DNA from: Octopus sinensis
Taxonomy: Eukaryota
DNA: 64,000 nucleotides
Assembly (NCBI RefSeq): GCF_006345805.1
Contig: NC_042999.1
Coordinates: 65,906,001 to 65,970,000, forward strand
Direction: 5' to 3'
Shown: one piece after another, positions 13,175-25,713 of the stretch
Position numbering within the stretch: position 1 is the stretch's first letter
Layout of the letters: the number at the start of each line of letters is the position of its first letter
Position numbers and translations under genes: made by a program
Notes under the pieces: model-generated
What the model was told of the DNA's origin: nothing
The model's input: only the letters and a program-made list of their open reading frames with translations
Database searches by the model: none

Positions 13175-13562
13175 GTGGAGGCGCAATGGCCCAGTGGTTA
13201 GGGCAGCGGACTCGCGGTCATAGGATCGCGGTTTCGATTCCCAGACCGGGCGTTGTGAGTGTTTATTGAGCGAAATCACCTAAAGCTCCACGAGGCTCCG
13301 GCAGGGGATGGTGATGATCCCTGCTGTACTCTTTCACCACAACTTTCTCTCACTCTTACTTCCTGTTTCTGTTGTACCTGTATTTCAAAGGGCCGGCCTT
13401 GTCACTCTCTGTGTCACGCTGAATATCCCCGAGAACTACGTTAAGGGTACACGTGTCTGTGGAGTGCTCAGCCACTTACACGTTAATTTCACGAGCAGGC
13501 TGTTCCGTTGATTCGGATCAACCGGAACGCTCGTCGTCGTAACCGACGGAGTGCTTCCAAGA
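13175..13562 (+). mobile_element. SINE family B (tRNA-like head) with tail X
   Basis: A box tggcccagtgg, B-box-like gtttcgattc, and a 13-bp TSD agctgcgattgtt at 13162-13174 and 13563-13575. Confidence 0.93.
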
Positions 13563-13786
13563 AGCTGCGATTGTTACCCCGGGTTTGTCTATGATTGTAA
13601 CTGAAGATATATCTACAATTAATTTAAAACCCTCGCCTCCGCAGAACTCCTGTCACTGTAGCACTATGATCAGTTGTTAGCAAAGTTGTATCTAAGATAG
13701 TAAAAATTTGTCTCTCTTTGACTCCAAATTACTACGTTGTTTACTTCTTTATGATGACTGATTTTACCGACAAAAGAGGTTGAATT

Positions 13787-13854
13787 TAGTATAGTCTTGA
13801 ATACATGAAGTACGTTAATGTAGTATAGTCTTGAATACATGAAGTACGTTAATG
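13787..13854. repeat. Perfect 34-bp tandem duplication
   Basis: tagtatagtcttgaatacatgaagtacgttaatg occurs twice. Confidence 0.97.
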
Positions 13855-15184
13855 TAGTCAAATGAATTTTTTATAAAAATAAAGTAGAAAAGCATTTACG
13901 CGTTTCTTGTTGACCGAAAGGTAACTTTCAAAATTTCGCTAATATATGAAACAAAGTAACGGTAATTATCATAACATCCCTTAAAACTATAAAACAAGAT
14001 AATTAGGTTAAAAATTATTTGTAATACAAACAGTACGAGTTGAAAAAAATCTTTTCAATATTCTGTAAGTACATTATGTAAGTATAACGTATGTACATTG
14101 GGAAATGCAATTTTTCTGCGGTATTCGTCCATAGATAATACCTCTTATGTATGTGTTGTGTTTAAAAGTAAAAAATGCATAGCAGACAGGTGAAAATTGT
14201 TCTTCGAGCGACCGTTACAATATAAAGGGGGAAAGGTGCAACTCCAAATATAGAGTTGTTAAGGAAAAGTAGGATTCTTTGGAAATCAGTGCCATAAGAG
14301 TAAGCCTAATATGCAAGATCCAAAATATGTTTTGATTGCCTCTATGATCTACCGTAGATTACAGGGTTGAAATTGTTGTCACGATACGTTTTATCGTTGT
14401 CCACTATGTATAAAATTTAACGAAGTTGTGAAAAAATATTTTACTTTACAATTACAATGAACTTATCTTTAACTTCGTTTTGCGTAAATTTTAAAATATT
14501 TTAAAGTCTTACATATCATCTTTCAGCAAGAAGTATCGAAATACAAAAACAGTGGGAAGACGAGTTCCACAGGCATTCTATGCTACTAATACACATTGTA
14601 ATTCCTAAATTCGAATTTTTCTACCATATGCCTCAGCAATATGTTATGACTTGGTAGATCGGCGAATCTCGAAAACCATATGCCCAGCCATGGAAACTAT
14701 ACAACAATCTTGAAAGTATAAGAACTATCTTCATCTCAAATTGTTAATTCCTTTTCCGATGTTTATATTTCTGTCTGACGCAAAACCGGTAATGTTTAAT
14801 CTACGCGACGTAATTCTGATCACGATTAACCGTAGCGTCTTCAGAGATATCTCAAGTACAGGCTTTGTTGGTAAACCTAATAAAATAGATTAAGTTATTT
14901 CGCAAACTTTATGAATACAAAAGTTTCATATAAAATAATTCTTTCTAATTTTAATCCCAAACCTGCAATTTGGCGGGTAGAGGCAAGTCGACTATGTCGG
15001 CTCCCATGTTCAAAGGACTATTTATAATCACAACCGCGAATGGAGAAAAGGCAAAATCTAAGACAGTAAAAAATTGTCTCTCTTTGATTCTAATACCTAG
15101 CTTATTTACTTATTTATGATGAGTTATTTTACCGACACAAGAGGTTGTATTTAGTATAGTTTTATATCTCTTTAATATATTAAG

Positions 15185-15430
15185 TGTGGAGGCGCGTGGC
15201 TTGGGAGTCAGCACCATGATCGTAAGATTGTGGCTTCGATTCCTGGACCCGGCGACACGTTTATGTTCATGAGCAAAACATTTCGTTTCACGTTGATAGA
15301 GTCCACTCAGCTGGCAAAAATAAGTAATGCTGCGAAGGACTGGCGTCCCGTCCAGCTGGGGAACGCATACGCTATTGAAATCAGGAAACCGGGCCCATGA
15401 GCCTGGCTAGGCTTTAAAAGGGCTCATTAA
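15185..15430 (+). mobile_element. SINE family D (tRNA head plus CORE-like segment) with tail Y
   Basis: Head ggcgcgtggc...gttcgattcc; tail ctgcgaaggactggcgtcccgtccagctggg...gagcctggctaggctttaaaaggg. Confidence 0.88.
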
Positions 15431-15904
15431 TTTTTTAATACTTGAAGTACGTTAATGTAGTCAAATAAAGTTTCATAAATATAAAGTATAAAAGCATTTA
15501 CGCGCTTCTTGTTGACCGAAATGTAACTTTCAAAATATCACTAATATATAAAACAATGTAACGGTAATTATCATAACATCACTTAAAACTATAAAACAAG
15601 ATAATGTCGGCTCCCGTGTCCAAAGGACTACTTATAGACACAACCTCGAATGGAGAAAAGGCAAAATCGACCTCGGGCAAATTTGAACCTACGATGCAAA
15701 CTAAAAGGCAATTTATCCGAGACGCTAACAACTCTGTTCGCTGCCTTTTATTAACAATACTACTTTCAAGATTTAGTACAAGGCTAGTAATTACGGGGGT
15801 GGGGAGGAAAGGCAAGTACATCGACACCGGTTCTTAAGTGATACTTAAATTATTGACTCTAAAAGTGCGAAAAAGAAAACCGATCTTGACAGGTTTTAAA
15901 ATAT

Positions 15905-16301
15905 TATTTTCTACTATAGGCACAAGGCTTGAAATTTGGAGAAGGGAGCAATAGTAGATTACATACCCCAGTACTCAACTGGTACTTAATATATCGAACC
16001 CGAAAGGATGAAAGGCAAAGACGACCTCGGCGGAATTTGAACTCAGAACGTAACGGCAGACGAAATACCTATTTCTTTACTACCCGCAAGAGGACAAACA
16101 CAGAGAGGACAAACAAGGACAGACAAACGGAGTAAGTCGATTGTATGGACACCAGTACGTAACTGGTACTCATTTAATCGACCCCGAAAGGATGAAAGGA
16201 AAATGTCGATCTCGGCGGAATTTGAACTCAGAACGTAACGGCAGACGAAATACCACTAAGCATTTCGCCCGGCGTGCTAACGTTTCTGCCAGCTCGCCGT
16301 C
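15905..16301 (-). mobile_element. SINE family A, head-to-tail dimer
   Basis: Two units joined at gacgaaatacc|tatttcttt (about 16050); the minus-strand head reads agacggcgagctggcagaaacgttagcacg. Confidence 0.9.
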
Positions 16302-16752
16302 TCACTGCAATACCAGCTGGCCTAGATGGCATTTGAACACAAAGTAAAACCTATTACTATGGACAAAATATTCTTAATGAAAACATCTAGTTATAAAATA
16401 TAAACAAGGCTATGATTCCAGAAATCTTTTTATTTTTCGTAGAAAACTATTTGACGCCGCCGTCTTTTAATATAAATCTTCATCGTGTACTTTAAGTTTC
16501 ATTAACAATAAAACTATAGAGTTCAAGAAACTTTATATATCATTACTAATTTACACAAAGCTACATTATTACGCATGCAAAGTTGTACACAACTTTTAAC
16601 GTTAAGACATGGAAATCGGACAGTTTATACCATTAATCATTTCGATAACGAATCTAATTTACTATTTAACAATGATGCTCATGAGACTTTAACTTATATA
16701 AGAATTTTGCATCCGTATAGCTCAATGATATGCACCATATATATAACAATAT

Positions 16753-16983
16753 ATGGCGGCGAGCTGGCAGAAACGTTCGCACGCCGGCCGAAATGCTTTG
16801 CGGTATTTCGTCCGACGCTACGTTCTGAGTCCAAATTCCGTAGAGGTCGACTTTCCCTTTCACCCTTTCGCGGTCGATAAATCAAGTACCAGTTACGCAC
16901 TAGGTCGATGTAATCGACTTAATCCGTTTGTATGTCCTTGTTTGTCCCCTCTGTGTTTCGCTCCTTGTGGGTAGTAAAGAAAT
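16753..16983 (+). mobile_element. SINE family A, full length
   Basis: ggcggcgagctggcagaaacg...gtagtaaagaaat with a 14-bp TSD atatataacaatat at 16739-16752 and 16984-16997. Confidence 0.93.
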
Positions 16984-17548
16984 ATATATAACAATATTTT
17001 GCATCCTTTTAACTGCATTGCACTATCTTATTCTGCATGCGTTATCACTATTCAATGTAGTATGATATTATATATATCATATTTACTAGTTATATGCAAA
17101 GTCTCCACATTAAAGTCCATGCCATTGGTTTGGATAGATACGTAGTCTTTGATAAAAATAGCGAAGTGCAAGCAAGGCTGTGTGGCCAAAAATCTCGCTT
17201 TCAAGACATTTTCCTGATTCAGCCCAAGTGCACGAAATCGTGTTTTCAAAAATATATTCGGACCGACAAATCACTTGTGAGTAAATGTGATAGATGGAAA
17301 TTGTGCGGAAGCCTGCCACACATACACACACACACATACATATACACACACACACACACGTCATTGGTTTCATGTAAAGAAATATCTTAACAAATTTCAG
17401 TCTAAACCAATGGTACTTTAATATATAGATAAACAAACGTTATACATCACTTGTTTACGTGCGCGTGACTGAGCGCTTCGGCAAAATATCTCGATAGAAT
17501 AAGTACTCGGTTTGTTCGTCTAAAACAGTCCTTCATAGTTCCCCAGGA

Positions 17549-17945
17549 AATGGCGGCGAGCTGGCACGCCAGACGAAATGCGTAGCGGTATTTCGCCTGA
17601 GTTCAAATTCCGCCGAGGTCGACTTTGCCTTTCATCCTTTCGGGGTCGATAAATTAAGTACCAGTTAAGCACTGGGGTCGATATAATCGGCTTAATACCT
17701 ATGTCTGTCCATGTTCGTCTCCTCTATGTTTAGCCCCCTGTGGGTAATAAAGAAATAGGTATTTCGCCTGCCATTACGTTCTGAGTTTAAATTCCGCCGA
17801 TGTCGACTTTGTCTTTCATCCTTTCGGGGTCGATACATTAAGTACCAGTTACGCAATGGGGTCAATGTAATCGACTTAATCCGTTTGCCTGTCCTTGTTT
17901 GTTCCCTCTATGTTTAGCCCCTTGTGGGTAGTAAAGAAATAGGTT
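17549..17945 (+). mobile_element. SINE family A head-to-tail dimer inside a single TSD
   Basis: An 11-bp TSD gttccccagga at 17538-17548 and 17946-17956 flanks both units. Confidence 0.92.
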
Positions 17946-18339
17946 GTTCCCCAGGATGACAGCAGTTCAGTAAGTGAAAGAAGTAAAAGATAATCATAAA
18001 CCTCATAGTACTCAATTGCCCTCAATAATTATCCATTGTTTAATCTTGCTCCATATATTGCGGCCGTACATTGTACATTTTTCTTACCGGATCTTTCATA
18101 GTGTAGCCTGATAAGCTGTAGAATCTTTTCACGACAGCTATGCAACAGAATGGATACTGTATTCTATTTCAGTAACAATGTTATATGTTATAGACCAGAT
18201 AGCGATTTTCAAAAATCGTCAAAGGATAGGTAAATGCGTACCAAAATAGATTGAACAATTATTTTAGGAATATATGCTTTCTAGTTTCAAGCCAGAAACA
18301 ATGACAAATTTAGATCATTGCTTCATCTTAAATACATAT

Positions 18340-18418
<79 letters not shown>

Positions 18419-18422
18419 TTAT

Positions 18423-18460
<38 letters not shown>

Positions 18461-18481
18461 TTTCACCTAATTTCACCTAAT

Positions 18482-18660
18482 TTCTGAATTACTACTACTT
18501 GGCGGTGTGAGTTATGGCTGCTCTTTCTGGTGGACGAGTGACCTGTTGGGGTCACTCCTAAATTGTTATATTTATATATTTAGTCGATGACTATTTTCTC
18601 TTTTCCATCAGGCCGCTGGTTGCGATAAATTTCTATTGAATTTTTTTGCTACCCTAAATT
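18482..18660. repeat. Interspersed repeat homologous to 22688-22885
   Basis: Shares gaattactacta...gctgctcttt...gacctgt...ccgctggttgc...ttttgctaccct. Confidence 0.8.
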
Positions 18661-18694
18661 GACAAATATATATATATATATATATAAACATTAT

Positions 18695-18877
18695 TTTACC
18701 ACACACCGAACGATTAGAAATAGCAACCAAAGAATTTAGCTATTTCCTCTACTTTAAGAAGTTTAGATAATGTTTAAATTTACGGTAAATGGTCCTTTTA
18801 CATACTGAACACTACTTGGTAAAATTATTAATTACTAATTAATTAATTGATTAATTTTACCCTCATTATTATTGACA

Positions 18878-18880
<3 letters not shown>
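18695..18880 (+). mobile_element. Left-end fragment of the repeat family that carries the 37251 hammerhead
   Basis: 18697-18746 is the reverse complement of about 37410-37460, and 18781-18880 matches 36951-37036 directly. Confidence 0.75.
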
Positions 18881-18937
<57 letters not shown>

Positions 18938-19360
18938 GCATATACATTATTCATAAAGATATATGTAAATATATATATTTACACATATAAATGCACACAC
19001 ACACACGCACACACATATATGTATATAGATATATGTGTATGTGTGTTCAAAGGTGTCATGTGCTTAAATTATAGTCACTAATGTTGGGTCGAATTAACAT
19101 CTTTAACCGTATAAATACCATGTGCACCAAAGTACATCTAGGGAAAAATTGTGGCTATATATACAGAAAATTTAACACTTAATAGGCTATTTTTATAGCC
19201 TATGAGCTAATCCAAAAGTTTACGTTCTAATCATCGTACATTATTTTATATACTCCAGAATATCCGATGTGTTAGAGTTCCAGTGAGGTGTATTATGAAC
19301 AAATACATAAATAAATAACAAACAATGGAGATACGCGTCACTTCATTTCTTATATATATA

Positions 19361-19756
19361 CTAGCAGTATCGCCCGGCGTTGCTCGGGTTTGTAAGGGAA
19401 ATAACTATATAAGCATTTTTAGAGATGTAAAGTATAATAGCCATCTCAATATGGCTAACCACATAGGCGGGGTGTTACTGTAGCTTTTTACGTTCTGAGA
19501 TTTAATAATAAATTTTTAGAGAGTTACTTCCCTTATATATGCCAAAAATTCATTAAAAATGGGAAAAATTGATGGTAATTTTTTTTTTAAATCGTTGACT
19601 CATCGTAGACGCGCGCTAATACCCAGAAGGGCTCGATATGAATCACGACTATAAGATACCCGGTTTTGGTTAAACTGCACCGCAAAATGTGGGAGTAGTT
19701 AGGAATCTAAATCGTAGGAGACAGACAGCACACGACCTCTCTTTTATATATAAAGA
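19361..19756 (-). mobile_element. Non-autonomous Helitron
   Basis: On the minus strand it starts A|TC and ends CTAG|T, with a subterminal GC hairpin cccg-a-gc-aac-gc-cggg 8 nt before CTAG. A second copy lies at 59513-60018. Confidence 0.85.
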
Positions 19757-19789
19757 TATACATTATATATCTATTCTTTGTTTTTTTTT

Positions 19790-20157
19790 GTTTCGGTAAT
19801 TTGATCGCGGCCATGCTGGAGCACCACCTTTAGTCAAACAAATTGACTCTAGGACTTATTCTTTGTAAGTCTGGTATTTATTCTATCGTTCTCTTTTACC
19901 GAACTGCTAAGCAACGCACCGACATCGGTTCTGAAGTGACAGTGGGGGAACAAAGACATACACGCATACACACACAAACAACCAACCGCACACACCTATA
20001 TAAATATTTATATATACGACGGGCTTCTTTCAGTTTCCGTCTACCAAATCCACTCACGCGGCTTTGGTCGGGCCGAGGCTATAGTAGAAGGCAGTTGTTC
20101 AAGGGGCCACGCAGTCGGACAGAGCCCGGAAACATGTGGTTGGTAAGCAAGCTACTT
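19790..20157 (-). mobile_element. SINE family C lacking its 5'-most 20 nt or so
   Basis: Matches the other copies and breaks off after ggtaagcaagctactt. Confidence 0.88.
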
Positions 20158-20249
20158 TATTTCATAAAATTTGTCATATACACAGTACAAAGAGTGTGTA
20201 GCTTTGCGGGTTGGACAAACACGTTAATGAATGAAAATGAAATAAAATG

Positions 20250-21745
20250 AATAAATGAGAAACGAAACCCAACACCCGCCGATTGGATTTTCCTCAAAAA
20301 CATATTTCCTTTCTTCCAAAGATCAATATGAGGTTTCTTACAAGAAGGAGGCACTAAAACCTCTTACTTAACATGTTTCTTAAACACACATTTGAGGTTA
20401 TAAAGCACTACAAATAATACAATAAGATGAGGTTTGAAACCCTCTAACGAGGCTTTTTCACCTCCTACTCATCGATATATTCATCATTTTCTTCAATGCC
20501 GCTTGAGTTCCTGTAGCCCGCCATTTCCCATGCCTCACTCATGTAGGACGTGTAAGTCGTGTAAAGGCCACCCGGTCATATGCAACACTCCTCCCCACAT
20601 CCCTTAAGCCTTTCCCACAAGGGAAAACTTATGACCTCCACAGCTATCTGCAGAAGGATCCCGTGTGAAGGGCTTATCTACTGTCTCTTTATGTTCTTCT
20701 ACTATTTTCCGCCTCCCTGTGCTTGGGACATAAAGACGGCACATCCTCTTCCCCCTGCAATGACTCGTTTTTCTTTCTTTTTTTTTGTTTCTTTCCTGAC
20801 TTCGGGTGAGTGGAGCTCTTCCGCTTTGTTCGGAGTCTCTCCCCCACCTCCCGAAGCCTTAGGATCCTTCGGCAGGCAACTATTGCTGCCCGACTTCTTC
20901 CTTTTTAATTCTCTTTGGGTTGAGGAGGTTCCAACCTCTTCAACCACATCTACCTCTCCCTTTGACTGGGTAGGGGAGGTGGCATCCAGTGACTGTTCCA
21001 GGACCTTACCATGGTCCTGGGGGCAGTTCCCTTTAATGTGGCCTGGCTGCAGGCACGAGTGACACTTGGGGGGACGTCCCTCAAGTATCACCGGATACCT
21101 GCAGCCAGCCATTTAAAAAAAAAGCTGGAAAAACCAGATCTGTAGCAGTCGATGGGGTCCACAGGGTCAAAATCGCTTTTGACCCTTCCCAATCGACCGC
21201 CCGTAATACCCTTACATTTAAGAGCCTGGGCCTCCTATCCACCAGTCCCCGTCGGATAGTATCTTCAATCAAACCCGCCTCGGTGCCTCGAGACAACCAA
21301 CATACCCAGGCTCTTATTAATGTTTTCCCCGCAGTACGACGGAAGGAACAGAATTTCGTTGCCCTCTAAAGGCTGACTCGCAAATGTGCGAGCCTTTTCC
21401 CGGTTGTCAAACAGCAACCATACGGTTGCATGTTTGACACCACGGGATAGGTATTTCACAGAGGACAAATAGTCTTTCAGTTCATTTTCTATAACTGGTT
21501 TTGAGAAGACGGTGATGGAATCAAGAACTTTAGAATAAGTTCTAACCACCACCGTCCTCTGCTCCATAACTTTTAACCACTGCTTAGGCGGGTCAATTTT
21601 CTTCTCCAAGACAGAGTTCTTCATTTTAAGTTCCTTCTCTACCATGTCCAAAAAAAAAACAGTTCAAAAGTAGTTCAGAAAACAGTCCGCCAAGAAATTA
21701 AAAGCGAATAAAAATAGAAGTAAAACAAAATAAATGAGAACGAAA
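20250..21745 (-). mobile_element. ORF1-only L1/Tx1-like retroelement
   Basis: GC-richer island with a gag-like ORF1 and a CCHC knuckle. No endonuclease or RT is recognisable downstream. Near-identical 17-18-nt direct repeats aataaatgagaa(a)cgaaa sit at 20250 and 21729. Confidence 0.65.
20702..21651 (-). pseudogene. LINE ORF1-like nucleic-acid-binding protein (about 316 aa when joined), with two +1 homopolymer frameshifts
   Basis: Three track ORFs join into one after removing one base from G4 (21327-21330) and one from T9 (21115-21123). It carries VILEGRPPK-CHSCLQPGHIKGNC (CX2CX4HX4C) and a low-complexity K/E/S C-terminus. Confidence 0.75.
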
Positions 21746-22275
21746 GGAAACTGAAATTAAAATAACGAAAAGATTGAACCAAAATTTAGAAAGAAAAATT
21801 GGAAGAAGGGAAAAATAAAATAAAAACGTCACGAATAGAACAGACAGTGAATCCATTGTATAATACTACAACAGGTAATGCAATAGTCGGGGCTATACTT
21901 GAAGTACTACAGTTCGGTAAAATTCCACTTTTTCTAGATACGCCCACTAGAATTTACAAATTATTTGGCGACAAAAAGGCCACACCAAAGAATTTTCAAA
22001 AAATTCTTAATTCGCCGTTATGGTGATGAGAACACAGTATTTTTGCTCGCTATAACGAGCCATAATTGACAGTTTTTCTTTTTGTTCTTTTTTCTATTCC
22101 TGGAGCCAAACTCATGTCTTCTCACTGTAACACTCCAGACCAACTAGTGTTGCATTCTGGGTAACCGGAAGTAAGCAACTTACTTACTACACAGTCACTC
22201 CTGCGCCTCTCTCTCTATATATATGCATATTTATTTATGTATATTATATACATAATGTATATTACGAACATAATT

Positions 22276-22326
<51 letters not shown>

Positions 22327-22331
22327 TATAT

Positions 22332-22390
<59 letters not shown>

Positions 22391-22435
22391 TATAGATATA
22401 GATGTATATGTATGTATGTATGTATATATGTATAC

Positions 22436-22476
<41 letters not shown>

Positions 22477-22478
22477 TA

Positions 22479-22780
22479 CAAAAGTATTAAGGAATCACCC
22501 TGACAGGTCGTTCAACTCACTTGAAAAGAGCAGCTAAACTCAAACCGCAAAAATAGTAGTAATTCTGAAAAATAAGCCAATCGTAAACGGATTTACTTTA
22601 ATTTAATTTAATTCGATTGCGTAAAAATTGTTGAAACCTTGCAGGGTACAAAGTTGAAAGGGATAAATATTTTTATTTCTCCTTTAGTTTTCAGAATTAC
22701 TACTATTTTTGCGGTTTGAGTTTAGCTGCTCTTTTCAAGTGAGTTGAACGACCTGTCAGGGTCATTCCTTAATACTTTTG
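22479..22780. repeat. Fold-back: 93-bp inverted arms with one mismatch and a 116-bp spacer
   Basis: 22479-22571 is the reverse complement of 22688-22780. Confidence 0.96.
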
Positions 22781-22888
22781 TTGAATATATTATATAGTCT
22801 GTGACTATTTCTATTTTCTCACTTGACCGCTGGTTGCAGAAAATTTTTCTTGAATTTTTCTTGAATTTTTTTGCTACCCTTATATTGA

Positions 22889-22947
<59 letters not shown>

Positions 22948-23575
22948 ATATATACACTAAACTCGGCGCTCCAACAATGCCGCTGTCAAATGACTGAAGC
23001 AAGTAAATGAAATAAAAAGATGTTTGCGTGTATCTGTACGTGAATGTCTGTAACTCGTATAAAACTGAATGAAAGAAAGTGTATGTGCCTGGATGGTGTG
23101 CATACTGTTTGTGTATTTCTTTAAGAGATAATATTGTGTAAGACTTATTCACTGCCAACTTTTCTAAGACCTACCAAGAGACATATGAATTTAGATAACA
23201 TAACATTTATTTCATATGATCCGCTTTGAGAACGCGTTGTCTATAGTCTAGTGCAACGAATCAGAAGTGTCATTGCGTCTAAAAAATTATTTGACGGCAT
23301 TCATTGTACATTTCAGTTCTACGTAATAAAATGATACAATAAATATTAAAATACATATTAAAGTAAAATCGTGAATATTATTAACCCGGAGAGGTTTGTA
23401 GGAATTGCGGTGGGAGTTATGCAATAGTTGAACAAGTAATATATATGCGACGTCTAAATTTTTTATCAGTGACAGCAACACAGACACTGTTCACTCTAAA
23501 TGTCAAAAAATACACACACACACCAGTTCTACTGACAGTTTATATCTCATGTTTGTATGATGATATATAAAAGGT

Positions 23576-23841
23576 GTGGAGGCGCGATGGCCCAGTGGTT
23601 AGGACAGTGGACTCGCGGTCGTAAGATCGGGGTTTCGATTCCCAGACCCGGCGTTGTGAGTGTTTATTGAGCGAAAACACCTAAAGCTCCACGAGGCTCC
23701 GACAGGAGGTGGTGGCAGTCCCTGCTGTACTCTTTCGCCACGACTTTCGCGTCGTTTGAAGGCTAAAACAATGCGAAGCGCATTGTGACCAGCGATATGT
23801 AGCAAAATCTGATAGTGTGGTCGGTCACGGTGATCACGGTG
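23576..23841 (+). mobile_element. SINE family B with tail W
   Basis: Family B head and an 11-bp TSD atataaaaggt at 23565-23575 and 23842-23852. Confidence 0.9.
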
Positions 23842-24084
23842 ATATAAAAGGTATAATCATGTGGATAGTGAAGTGTGTTACAAGATCCTATTTCGAAAAC
23901 ATGGTTGCGTTTGTTTCCCTACTTTGTAATCTATACCAGCGGGAGCTAACCAAGGCCTTCTCACAGAAATTTGGTTGAACAAAACGGTGCGGATCTGTCC
24001 CCCACCTCTGCCTGTGTCCCCCACCTCTCCCTTTCTCTCTCATGTGCACACACACATACACACCTAGATACGAATTTATACACA

Positions 24085-24502
24085 TACTCTTTTACTCTTT
24101 TCACTTTATTCAGTCATTTGACTGTGGCCATGCTGGAGCACCGCCTTTATAGTCGAGCAAATCGACCCCAGAGCTTATTCCTTGTAAGCTTATTACTTAT
24201 TCTATCGGCCTCTTTTGCCGAAGTTACGGGGACGTAAACACACCGGCATCGGTTGTCAAGCAATTTTGGGGCGTAGGACAAACACAGACGCGTAAATATA
24301 TGCACACACACACATATATATATATATACATATATATACGACGGGTTTCTTTCATTTTCCGTCTACCAAATCCACTCACATGGCTTTGGTCGGCCCGAGG
24401 CTATAATAGAAGACTGTTGCCCAAGGTACCATGCAGTGGGACTGAACCCTTAACCATGTGGTTGGTAAAGAATCTATTTACCACACAGCCTCTCCTGCCC
24501 CT
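24085..24502 (-). mobile_element. SINE family C
   Basis: Co-linear match to the other copies. Confidence 0.9.
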
Positions 24503-25155
24503 AGCTACTTACCACGCACCACTCTTGCGCCTCACACACACACACACACATACACACACACAAACACATAAGTATGTATGTACCTGTACGCTAAATTAAT
24601 GTGAGGTAAACAGACCATCATAAATCGCCAAGTGACGGATAGGGGCAAAAAACAATGGAAAACGTACATATTACCATAAGAGAGAAATTTTCCGCGATAA
24701 CTGCAGCGAATTTGCCTTTAGAAGTTGAAATTCGTCACGAACTTATTTTAAATAACCTAAAGATCGTCTATGCTGAAACACTGCTCGGTGCTGATATATA
24801 AATCATATTCGGGATCTAATTTTTATTTTTCAAATACATAACAGTTGACATTGTGGTTTACTTGTCTTAGCTCATTTCTATTTCGTTTAGGTAACATACC
24901 AGAGCCAGATATGGGTTCGACTTTTTTCTTCATGTTTCAGAATATTCTATTAGAGACAGCATAGGGCAGCTACTGTGACATCGGCGACTATTGATGCTGG
25001 AATATGTACTTCCAGAAGTCCTGTTGTGCCCTCTCGGGGACTGTCCGTAAGTATTTGACAGGTCAACTCTGTAGAAAACTTCATTCTTGAGAGTATACGA
25101 ATATACATATATTTATATGTATATATATATATATATAAATGTGTGTGTGTCTGTG

Positions 25156-25186
<31 letters not shown>

Positions 25187-25217
25187 CATTACAACAACAT
25201 AATCAAATGTTGACAAC

Positions 25218-25385
25218 AGGCGCAGGGGTGGCTGTATGGTAAGTAGCTTGTTTACCAGCCACATGGTTCCGGGTTCAGTCCCACTGCGTGGCACCTTGGG
25301 CAAGTATCTTCTACTATAGCCTCAGGCCGACAAAAGCTTTGTGAGTGGATTTGGTAGACGGAAACTGTGAAAGAAACCCGTCGTA

Positions 25386-25443
<58 letters not shown>

Positions 25444-25672
25444 CGTGTATGTTTGTGTGTCTGTGTTTGTCCCATCCAACATCGCTTGACAACCGATGCT
25501 GGTGTGTTATGTCCCCGTCACTTAGCGGTTCGGCAAAAGAGACTGATAGAATAAGTACTGGCCTTACAAAGAATAAGTCCCGGGTTCGACTTGCTCGATT
25601 AAAAGGCGGTGCTCCAGCACAGCCGCAATCAAATGACTGAAACAAGTAAAAGAGTAAAAGAGTAAAGAGTAT
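25218..25672 (+). mobile_element. SINE family C, full length (tRNA-like head, CORE-like domain, internal microsatellite, (AAAGAGT)n tail)
   Basis: aggcgcaggggtggctgtatggtaag...gggttcagtccc...ggcaccttgggcaagtatctt...agtaaaagagtaaaagagt. Confidence 0.93.
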
Positions 25673-25713
25673 GTATACATGCAGACACACATATCTTTAT
25701 ATATATATATATA

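Noticed and set aside
13177-13250. tRNA gene calls for the SINE heads
   Set aside because: A and B boxes are present, but there is no closed acceptor stem, and the heads continue into SINE bodies with TSDs.
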